Below are positions 49,001-61,000 of a stretch of DNA of 64,000 nt, piece by piece. Below the pieces are notes generated by a model. The model worked only from the letters and a program-made list of their open reading frames with translations, was not told the DNA's origin and did not search any database. The translations under genes were made by a program, and so were the position numbers. How positions within the stretch are numbered: position 1 is the stretch's first letter; each line of letters begins with the position of its first letter. Source of the DNA: Eledone cirrhosa (taxonomy: Eukaryota); contig OZ024754.1 of the NCBI GenBank assembly GCA_964016885.1, positions 41,850,001 through 41,914,000 of the forward strand, given 5' to 3'.

Positions 49001-52000
49001 TAAATAGAGAACATCTAGTAGCAGTTCTGTATAGTTAGGTGACATGAGGTACAAGGTAAATATAGAACATCTAGTGACAGTTCTATATAGTTAGGTGACA
49101 TGAGGTACAAGGTAAATAGAGAACATCTAGTAGCAGTTCTGTATAGTTAGGTGACATGAGGTACAAGGTAAATATAGAACATCTAGTGACAGTTCTATAT
49201 AGTTAGGTGACATGAGGTACAAGGTAAATATAGAACATCTAGTGGCAGTTCTATATAGTTAGGTGACATGAGGTACAAGGTAAATATAGAACATCTAGTG
49301 ACAGTTCTATATAGTTAGGTGACATGAGGTACAAGGTAAATATAGAACATCTAGTGGCAGTTCTATATAGTTAGGTGACATGAGGTACAAGGTAAATAGA
49401 GAACATCTAGTGACAGTTCTATATAGTTAGGTGACATGAGGTACAAGGTAAATATAGAACATCTAGTGGCAGTTCTATATAGTTAGGTGACATGAGGTAC
49501 AAGGTAAATAGAGAACATCTAGTAGCAGTTCTGTATAGTTAGATGCCATGAGGTACAAGGTAAATAGAGAACATCTAGTGGCAGTTCTATATAGTTAGGT
49601 CCCCATGATGTACAAGGTAAATACAGAACATCTAGTGACAGTTCTATATAGTTAGGTGACATGAGGTACAAGGTAAATATAGAACATCTAGTGGCAGTTC
49701 TATATAGTTAGGTCCCCATGAGGTACAAGGTAAATACAGAACATCTAGTGGCAGTTCTATATAGTTAGGTGCCATGAGGTACAAGGTAAATACAGAACAT
49801 CTAGTGGCAGTTCTATATAGTTAGGTGACATGAAGTACAAGGTAAATACAGAACATCTAGTGGCAGTTCTATATAGTTAGGTGACATGAGGTACAAGGTA
49901 AATATAGAACATCTAGTGGCAGTTCTATATAGTTAGGTGCCATGAGGTACAAGGTAAATATAGAACATCTAGTGGCAGTTCTTTATAGTTAGATGACATG
50001 AGGTACAAGGTAAATACAGAACATCTAGTGGCAGTTCTATATAGTTAGGTGACATGAGGTACAAGGTAAATACAGAACATCTAGTGGCAGTTCTATATAG
50101 TTAGGTGACATGAGGTACAAGGTAAATATAGAACATCTAGTGACAGTTCTATATAGGTGACATGAGGTACAAGGTAAATACAGAACATCTAGTGGCAGTT
50201 CTATATAGTTAGGTGACATGAGGTACAAGGTAAATACAGAACATCTAGTGGCAGTTCTATATAGTTAGGTCCCCATGAGGTACAAGGTAAATACAGAACA
50301 TCTAGTGGCAGTTCTATATAGTTAGGTGACATGAGGTACAAGGTAAATACAGAACATCTAGTGGCAGTTCTATATAGTTAGGTGACATGAGGTACAAGGT
50401 AAATACAGAACATCTAGTGGCAGTTCTATATAGTTAGGTCCCCATGAGGTACAAGGTAAATACAGAACATCTAGTGGCAGTTCTATATAGTTAGGTGACA
50501 TGAGGTACAAGGTAAATACAGAACATCTAGTGGCAGTTCTATATAGTTAGGTGCTATGAGGTACAAGGTAAATATAGAACATCTAGTGACAGTTCTATAT
50601 AGTTAGGTGACATGAGGTACAAGGTAAATATAGAACATCTAGTGACAGTTCTATATAGTTAGGTGACATGAGGTACAAGGTAAATACAGAACATCTAGTG
50701 GCAGTTCTATATAGTTAGGTGCCATGAGGTACAAGGTAAATACAGAACATCTAGTGGCAGTTCTATATAGTTAGGTGACATGAAGTACAAGGTAAATACA
50801 GAACATCTAGTGGCAGTTCTATATAGTTAGGTGACATGAGGTACAAGGTAAATATAGAACATCTAGTGGCAGTTCTATATAGTTAGGTGCCATGAGGTAC
50901 AAGGTAAATATAGAACATCTAGTGGCAGTTCTTTATAGTTAGATGACATGAGGTACAAGGTAAATACAGAACATCTAGTGGCAGTTCTATATAGTTAGGT
51001 GACATGAGGTACAAGGTAAATACAGAACATCTAGTGGCAGTTCTATATAGTTAGGTGACATGAGGTACAAGGTAAATATAGAACATCTAGTGACAGTTCT
51101 ATATAGTTAGGTGACATGAGGTACAAGGTAAATACAGAACATCTAGTGGCAGTTCTATATAGTTAGGTGACATGAGGTACAAGGTAAATACAGAACATCT
51201 AGTGGCAGTTCTATATAGTTAGGTCCCCATGAGGTACAAGGTAAATACAGAACATCTAGTGGCAGTTCTATATAGTTAGGTGACATGAGGTACAAGGTAA
51301 ATACAGAACATCTAGTGGCAGTTCTATATAGTTAGGTGACATGAGGTACAAGGTAAATACAGAACATCTAGTGGCAGTTCTATATAGTTAGGTCCCCATG
51401 AGGTACAAGGTAAATACAGAACATCTAGTGGCAGTTCTATATAGTTAGGTGACATGAGGTACAAGGTAAATACAGAACATCTAGTGGCAGTTCTATATAG
51501 TTAGGTGCTATGAGGTACAAGGTAAATATAGAACATCTAGTGACAGTTCTATATAGTTAGGTGACATGAGGTACAAGGTAAATACAGAACATCTAGTGGC
51601 AGTTCTATATAGTTAGGTCCCCATGAGGTACAAGGTAAATACAGAACATCTAGTGGCAGTTCTATATAGTTAGGTGACATGAGGTACAAGGTAAATACAG
51701 AACATCTAGTGGCAGTTCTATATAGTTAGGTGACATGAGGTACAAGGTAAATACAGAACATCTAGTGGCAGTTCTATATAGTTAGGTGCCATGAGGTACA
51801 AGGTAAATATAGAACATCTAGTGGCAGTTCTATATAGTTAGGTGACATGAGGTACAAGGTAAATATAGAACATCTAGTGGCAGTTCTGTATAGTTAGGTG
51901 ACATGAGGTACAAGGTAAATATAGAACATCTAGTGGCAGTTCTGTATAGTTAGGTGCCATGAGGTACAAGGTAAATATAGAACATCTAGTGGCAGTTCTA

Positions 52001-55000
52001 TATAGTTAGGTGCCATGAGGTACAAGGTAAATATAGAACATCTAGTGGCAGTTCTATATAGTTAGGTGACATGAGGTACAAGGTAGGGAATATAGAATTC
52101 AGCATCCTGCTCAGATTTAACAACTTAACCCTTAACCATTCACATTACTCTATATATACTATTATATTTTCATGGTAAAGGTTTTATCTCACATATCAAA
52201 TCTATGAGATTTTGAAAGTATTTATTTTGAGAACAATACCTTAACATCAGTTTGAGTAACCAGTTACAGCCAGTTTCAACAGAAAAAGGTAGAGAATTTT
52301 GGCCGGTTTGAACATTAAAGGGTTAAACCATTTTCGCAAATTTGGTCTTAGGGCCGAAACACTCGCTTGGGGGTAGTGGTGGTTCTCCTCAGAGACCTGC
52401 TGTCCAGCTCTCCTGAGATTTCCTTCTCTGAAGACCTGCTGTCCAGCTCTCCTGAGAGTTTCTTCTCTGAAGACCTTCTGCTGTCCCCCTCTCCTGGGAG
52501 TTTCTTCTCTGAAGACCTTCTGCTGTCCAGCTCTCCTGAGAGTTCCTTCTCTGAAGACCTTCTGCTGTCCAGCTCTCCTGGGAGTTCCTTCTCTGAAGAC
52601 CTTCTGCTGTCCAGCTCTCCTGGGAGTTTCTTCTCTGAAGACCTTCTGTTGTCCAGCTCTCCTGGGAGTTTCTTCTCTGAAGACCTTCTGCTGTCCAGCT
52701 CACTTGAGAGTTCCTTCTCTGAAGACCTGCTGTCCAGCTCTCCTGGGAGTTTCTTACCACTGATGAATACCATAGTCAGTGTCCCATGTTATTTCTTGTT
52801 GATAAATTAGTTATTAGTAAATCAGTGGTGCAATTTGTATTAATGTTGAGCTCCAACAACTTCTCTATCAGACAGAGACATCAGCTACTGAGGGGTGACA
52901 GAATTCACCTGAGAGATCAACCAAGAAATGTTTTTCAAACAGCTGATAATAAATTAACAGAGGTAAGAATTAAATAATTCTTCTAATACCACATAACTAC
53001 TGCTTTCTTCTTCTTGCCTTCTTCTTCTTCTCCTCCTCCTCCTTCTTCCAGTGGGTCCTGTCAGAAGCGACCATCTCCAATTGATCTGGCTACATCCCCA
53101 AGAAAGACTATTAGAGCTCATGGATGTTATCCAACCATCTTGCTCTGGGTCTCCTGCTGGTTTGTTTTGCCTGTAAAATCTGTCCAGTGATTCTCTCCTG
53201 AGACACTTTAACCACATGCCCTTAATATCGGAGCTGTGATCTCTCAATTTGGTGAAGTAGCAGTTCTACCTGGAGTGACTCATTGATCTCTCAGCTACAT
53301 ACTCTATTAAGTAACATTACTCCAAAGACACTTCAGAGGAACACAATTCGGCCACTTGTAAAAGCACTTTTAAAATCCAGTTTGTTATTTGCAGTCATGC
53401 AAAAAACACCTCTGGTATCATCATCATCATTTTACGTCCGCTTTTCCCTGCTTGCAAGGGTGGGACGGGTCTTATTCAGCACAACATCTCTCCACTCGTC
53501 ACGGTCCTTCGTCATGTGTGTGTATATATATTTGTATTTGTATTTTAGCATAGTGATGTTGAAACATGTGAGAAATTCACAAATACTGAAGCTGATTTAG
53601 AATTCACCTCATTTGATGAGCTCATTCTACCCCAAGAGATCAACATTGATCTTACTAATCAAGAGGTAAGTTTATTATATTTTGATATCTTTTATCTAAC
53701 TACGTCTGTAGGGAATTTATTATTAAATCCACTTTTTGAAAATCCACCTCAAACTGCCTCAGGGTTTTATGAAACAAAACCTCCTATCGTGGGTGTGCAG
53801 AGGGAGGGCATTTCATGGGTGTGCATTATTTCTCCTTTGTGTGTGTGTGTGTATATATATATGTGTGTGTCTGAGAATTGTTTTTGTAAATCTTCTTCTT
53901 TGTGTACGTACATGTTTGTGCATGCTTATGTATGTGTGTGAGTGCGGGTGTGTTTATGTGTGCGTGTGTGTATAAATATATACATGTATATATATTTTAT
54001 GATCATCAACCAAGCATCCTAGTCATTATGTCACCTGCCTTCACATTTATACATCTATCTATCTAGGGCGAGTAAAATTCCCGAGATCCATGAACGAGTT
54101 CTCTCCAGCGGTCTCTGTCCCTCATTATCGCTGCCATGTCCAGCATCTCCAACAGACCAGTGTCTGTCCTTAGAACATCAACATATGTTAATCTCGGTCT
54201 TCCTCTTCCAGTGTGTCCATGCAGGGACTCCCACAGGAGCACTGAGTGCAGTGTCAACTCTGGATGTCGGTGAGAATGTCCAGCTAAAGCTAAAGTTTGG
54301 TGGTGCTTGTTTCTTGTGGTCATTTACTGCTTGCTGTCCCAGTGCAGCTGCTACATATAAAGCCTATATTCTAGCAATGTTACATGGTAGTGAGACATGG
54401 GTGCTGTCTCTAGAAGACTTGCATAGATTAGAAAGAAATGAAGCCTGCATACTCCGATGGATGTGTAATAGTAATATACGCGAACGGCAAAGCATAAACG
54501 AATTGAGAGAGAGAGAGACTGAGCATAAGAGGAATCAAATGTTGCGTGCAGGAGAGGAGGTTGTGTTGGTATGGACATGTGATGCGTATGAAGGATGACA
54601 GCTGCATAAAAAGGTGCAGAGCCCTAGAAGTCGATGGAAGCCACGGAGTGGGGGAGACCCAAGGAGACCTGCAATGAGGTGATAAAAACCAACCTTACCC
54701 AATTGCACCTCTCAAGGGCGATGACACATGACTGTGACCTCTGGCGTCATGCAGTAATACAGAAGACCCGACTTCCCATGGGTACAAGCCGAAGCTGAAG
54801 GATATAGACAATATGCCCCCACCGCCTCCCACTGCAAAGTGGTCATGGAGGCGCCACGGCAAAAAAGCACCCAGCACTCACTGTAAATGAGGTTGGTGTT
54901 AGGAAGGGCATCCAGCTGTAGAAATCAAGCCAGAATCAGTTCCTGTATGAGCAAGACAAGGTCAGCCCACTGGACACTGCCCACAACAGGACAACCCGTC

Positions 55001-58000
55001 TAACCCATGCTAGCGTGGGAGAACGGACGTAAAACGGTGATGATGATATTATTTTCAGGATAGTGTTAAATATCTAGCTGATGGTAATGAAGTAAAAACA
55101 GGTAATAGATCTCCAAATATGAGACGTTCTTTAACGCTTCCTTCATCCAGAGAATGTACCCAGTACACATTGTAGGGTGCTAGTGATGGCGCCCCAATAG
55201 AATAAACCCAGTACATTGTAAAGTAGTAGTGATGGTTTCATATTTGTCCCATGAGCACTGGAACAAATGGTATCAACTTTAATTACTGAAACTATAAGGA
55301 TTTCCACAAATTGGCTGAAGAGAAGGGACTATCCATGATTTTTTCGTTGTCTGTCTTGTGCATTACTTTTTTGATTGATATAATATATATTTAGTTACAG
55401 GATAGTTATAAATATGGTGTGGCTGATAATGAAAGGGAAATATGTTATAGAAGTCACAATATGACACCTGCTTCAGCCTCTACTTCATATACAGACACCA
55501 ATCAGTCTGAAGTGTTCAATATATATCTTCCTGGACAAAATCAGGTAGGTTTATATTCTTGACATAAATGAATATCCCACCATACATATACGTCAAGGTT
55601 AAATGTTGGATATTGTAGATACATTTGTCAACCTAAGTAGCACCCTATCCAGGTTTAAAGTCCTTGATGAGGAGTGTTGGACATTGTGGATATATTAGCA
55701 TATATTAAGGTCCTGTCCTTGATGAGGAATGTTGGATATTGTGGATACTTTGTCTAGCTAAGTAGTACTCTATCCAGGTTTAATGTCCTTGATAAGGAAG
55801 TCAATTATAGACTTTCCAAGTCGATCTTTCCAGGGCAGAGTTGATTAAATCAACCCCAGTAGTTGACTGGTACTGCATTTTATCAAACCCAGACGGATGA
55901 AAGTCAAAGTCGACCTCAGCAGGATTTGATCTCAATAAAGAGCCGAAATAAATGCTGCTATGGCATTTGATCCGACGCTCTACCAATTCTGCCAATCCAC
56001 CAGCCTTTATATGTACTGTATCATGTGGCTTTGATCCTCAGAAGCTGAATCCTTAGGAATTCCCTTCCCAGCCACCAAGTTTTCACTGTAGATGTTGCCT
56101 TAAAACTGCTGAAGCTGAACATCAATCAGATGAATTTAACCAGTCTCAGAGGAAAGCTTGTGATAGTTATGGGCACATCCTTTGACTGCCACTCAAACCC
56201 CCCAAAATGAGCTGAAACTGTAAGGTAAACCATTGAATATCCTTGATACATTGTAATGAGGTTAGGAAGGGCACCCAGTACACTCTGTAAAAGGGGGTTA
56301 CTGTTAGGAAAGACATCCAGCCATAGAAATCTTGCCAAACATGGAGTTGAGGGGATTTGCACAACAAGCTGGTGCTGGTGCCATGACAATATAAACCCAA
56401 TACATTCTCTAAAGGGGTTGAGGAGAACATCTAGCCATAGAAATCTTGTTAGACATAGGCTTGAGAGCACACTTCAGTTGTGTCTAGGGCACAACAACCT
56501 CCCTCGTGTTGGTGCCATAATAAAATGAACCCAGTACATTCTGTAAAGTGTAGCAATGTACTTAAGCCTCTAATCAGTCAAGGATGACAGTGGCTTTGAT
56601 TGTGTATTGATTTGATCTGTGACAACCTGTCCAACCCATGCTAGCATAGTAAACAGATCTTAAACAAGGATAATAATGATGATTGTAAAACTGATATATC
56701 TAATATTGCTAAATGATATGCCTAATTTACTTCTCAAAGAATTCTTCATGAAACGAGACATCTTGAAATGATTAATGACTATAAAACCACTTGCATAGTT
56801 TTTTACCTTTCTAAATTATAAAAATAAAATTTTTTATTTTCTTAAAAATTCAATTATATTTAACTAATTTTATTTGTAAATTCAGTTTAAAATATTGTTT
56901 TCATTGTAAACTTTTTCTATTTTCTAGTGTGCCAACAATGTTTTGGAAGACTATATTCAATCCAACTCATGTGCATTAGAGCTAAGTGCTGGAGAATCAT
57001 CTATGACTAATATTAAATCAAGTCGTGTTACTAAGGTTGTACGTTTTAAGCTAGACTCAAAGGCAGATCGTAAAAACTGTCGGCTTTCACCAAATGTTTT
57101 CGATGGCAGTTTTTATTTCAAGGGAAATTCAGTGAAGACGAGATCTATTCTGCATAACTCTTCAATTCAGCTCAAAGAGAGAGATGAGAAGAAGCAACTA
57201 GAAAATGAAATAGTTCTAAAGAGAGAAAAAGATTTCAATAAATTACCATTAGGTTTGCTTAAAGAGATTTTAGAGGTACCTAATCAATTACAGGTTAATT
57301 CTACCACAGGATTAAAGTCTGTCGCATCAAAATATAAAGCAATAATTCATGGCAACTCCATTCAAGAGGTTGTGGCACCTGTTTTCGTGGAAAAAACAGC
57401 TTCTGTTTTACCTAGTAATAGAAGCCATCAGCATGTCAGCTTATCTCCTTGTGTTTCCAATCAATTGGATTGTACTAGACCAGAAATGGCACTACTCCAT
57501 TCTGACAAGAATTCAAAATGGTTTACAAATAAAATTAAAACAATCTTTAGACAGACAAAACAAATGAACTTCAGAATTAAACAACACTCTAGAAGACATT
57601 TGATCAGCAAATCTAACAAAACAAAAATTAATAAAATATTAAAAAATCTCCATAAAAGGACTTCATGTGTTTCTTGTATATCTGGCAAGCAGAGGGTATC
57701 AGGATTTCTCAAAGACTTAACACTAAAACCCAATGTAGTTATTGGAGGTGCTGCAAACTATTTGATCGACTATGAGAAACATTTTCCATTCACTTCAGAT
57801 GTTACTTGCAGAAAACTGTTATGTTACTATCGTAATATGAATACGAGGACAGGAGGAAATTATGATAGGGTAAAATACATAAAAGGTGGATTTTCTAGCG
57901 GTGTGCTTGCAAACAGTGAAACTAGTTCAGAAGCAGAATCGGATATAGATGAAAATTTTAATAACGACTATGGTAGCAAACATAAGTTTGTATTAAAACA

Positions 58001-61000
58001 TATTTCTGAGGCAGAGAATGAGGAAGAGGAAGAGGAGGAGGAGGAGGAAGAGGAAGATGGTGCTAAAGCTGAAAATATGGAATCTCTTCCACCACTAAAA
58101 AAACGTGACACAATCCGCTTAATACAAACAAATTCAAAATTAGAAGCCAATGCACCCATTCCAGACATACACAAGGGAGCTTTTTATGGAACTGATATCT
58201 CTATAACTGCTGGAGATGACATGATGTCTCCGGCAACAAATATGACTTCTGCTTATATCTGGGAAAAAGAATCTGAGTCAAAGCCGGTAATTATGATGAA
58301 AAACACTGACTTTAATTATAAACTACCCAATGTTTGTTCTGTCATTGCATCAGTAGAAGGACCGAACTCTAATGTTCTTAATCTAACTTCATACCTTACT
58401 CAGAGACGTAATTCTGTTGATGTATGTACAGACTTATTAAAACTTGCACATAAGAGAGCCACACCAAAGAAAAGTTTTTCTGCTGAATCAATATGTGTTT
58501 GGGAAGAAAACCTGGAGAAAAGTATTTGCGAGGCTGCTGAAAAGTCTAAATATAAAGTTATATTCAATAAAAAATCTTCAAAAGCTTCGATGACATACAC
58601 TGCTGAATCGGAAAACAAAATTCCCCAAATAGATAAGAACGACAAAAATAATTCACAGAATAATAAATATGATCTGTCAAAAAAAGGTCCCTTAAACGAA
58701 ACAAATGTAAATCCTCGTTATAATATAGAGATTTCTATTAACAATAACCCAGATGGTTTGAGCAACGTTGAAGGTGAGGATGGTGATAGCACAAACCAAG
58801 TGGGAACTTTGGATCCTGACAGCAACCAGCCGCACACTTCGTCTTCTAAAATGGTGGTAAGACATTATCTTCTTCTTCTTCTTCTTCTTCTTCTTCTTCT
58901 TCTTCTTCTTCTTCTTCTTCTTCTTCTTCTTCTTCTTGCCTTCTTCTTCTTCGTCGTCGTCGTTGTCGTCTCTTCCTCCTTTTTCCAGTGGGTCCTGTCA
59001 GAAGCGACCATCTCCAATTGATCTGGCTACATCCCCAAGAAAGACTATTAGAGCTCATGGATGTTATCCAACCATCTTGCTCTGGGTCTCCTGCTGGTTT
59101 GTTTTGCCTGTAAAATCTGTCCAGTGGTTCTCTCCTGAGACACTTTAACCACATGCCCTTAATATCGGAGCTGTGATCTCTCAATTTGGTGAAGTAGCAG
59201 TTCTACCTGGAGTGACTCATTGATCTCTCAGCTACATACTCTATTAAGTAACATTACTCCAAAGACACTTCAGAGGAACACAATTTCGGCCATTTGTATT
59301 CGCGAACGTATTTTTGGGGGCCATTGCTCAACACTCATGGCCATAAGTAAGAATTGGTATGAAGATTGTGAGTTTGGCTTTTACACCTGCCTCTCTTTTT
59401 CTGATGACTGGATGCTAAAGCTGATGCATTTCTGTACCAGTCGCTGCAATTCCTGCACTTAACTCATCCTCCTGCCTTCCATCACTTGTAAACACGGCTC
59501 TGAGATAATTGAACTTCTCCAGCTGCTTCTGTGGAATTCCACTCACATGTAGAGTGCACTGTGCAGGCTTCCTTGAGAAGATGAGTGTCGCTGTCTTCAC
59601 AACATTGTCGTGCAGCACTTTTAAAATCCAGTTTGTTATTTGCAGTCATGCAGAAAACACCTCTGGTGTGTGTGTGTATATATATATTTGTATTTGTATT
59701 TTAGCAGAGTGATGTTGAAACCTGTGAGAAACACACAAATACTGAAGCTGATTTAGAAGTGACCTCATTTGATGAGCTCATTCTACCCCAAGAGATCAAC
59801 ATTCATCTTACTAATCAAGATGTAAGTTTATTATATTTTGATATCTTTTATCTAACTACGTCTGTAGGGAATTTATTATTAAATCCACTTTTTGAAAATC
59901 CACCTCAAACTGCCTCAGGGTTTTATGAGTTTTATGAGTTTTATTAATAGTGTCAATTCCCCTTAATTTTATTTTTTCTGGAGATTCATGTTAAATTTAT
60001 AGTGCATCTTATATGGAGACACATGGCTTAGTGGTTAGAGCATTGGGCTTGCAATCGAAAGATTGTGAGTTGAATTCTCAGACTGGATGATGTGATGTTT
60101 CCTTGAGCAAGACTCTTTATTTCACATTGCTCCAGTTTACTCAGCTGTAGAAATGAGATGATAGGGACTGGGGTCCCTATCGTTCCACTGTAAAGTGGTC
60201 GTGGGGGTGCCACGGCAAAAAAGCACCCAGCCCACACTGTAAATGAGGTTGGTGTTAGGAAGGGCATCCAGCTGTAGAAATCAAGCCAGAATCAGTTCCC
60301 GTCCCACCCTTGCAAGCAGGGAAAAGCAGACGTAAAATGATGATGATGATGATGATATCATCATCATCATTTAACGTCTATCTTCCTCACTAGCATGGTT
60401 TAGATGAGTTTGTCCCATTTGAGGCAAGTTGGGTCGAGTGACCATGTCTTGCTCATATAGGACTGTTTCTGGCTGGTTTTCTATGACTGAATGCTCTTCC
60501 TAATGCCAACCACTTTACAGTGTGGGCTGGGTGCTTTTTGCCGTGTCTCCTACATGATCACTTTACAGTGTGGGCTGGGTGCTTTTTGCCGTGTCTCCTA
60601 CATGATCACTTTACAGTGTGGGCTGGGTGCTTTTTGCCGTGTCTCCTACACAACCACTTTACAGAATAAGGGTGGTGGTAATTTTCTTCCTATCACTTCT
60701 ACAGGCCAACATACTTCTAGCCACTGATTTCTGTCCTTTGAGGTAATTTTTACCCAACGTTGTTACTGATGGCATTTTGCTGTTTTAACAGCTATTCTTA
60801 TGTTGAGTTTTTCTCATTATTCTATGTGAGTATCATCATCATCATCATCATCACCGTTTTACGTCCGTTCTTCCACGCTAGCATGGGTTAGACGGGTTGT
60901 CCTGTTGTGGGCAGTGTCTGGTCGGCTGACCATGCCTTGCTCATACAGGAACTGATCTGGCTTGATTTCTACAGCTGGATGCCCTTCCTAACACCAACCT

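Larger units (their letters stand above)
53006..59928 (+). repeat. Local segmental duplication: copy A 53006-53772, copy B about 58927-59928, each with RTE fragment, exon and downstream intron
   Basis: Near-identical intron sequence; A lacks about 320 bp present in B and has an extra retro-tail insert of about 100 bp at 53417-53515. Confidence 0.92.

Noticed and set aside
58857-59021. Poly-Leu C-terminus of the 692-aa ORF that looks like a transmembrane helix
   Set aside because: It is the (CTT)n tail of an antisense RTE fragment lying after the donor GTG|gtaaga at 58856, so it is intronic read-through.
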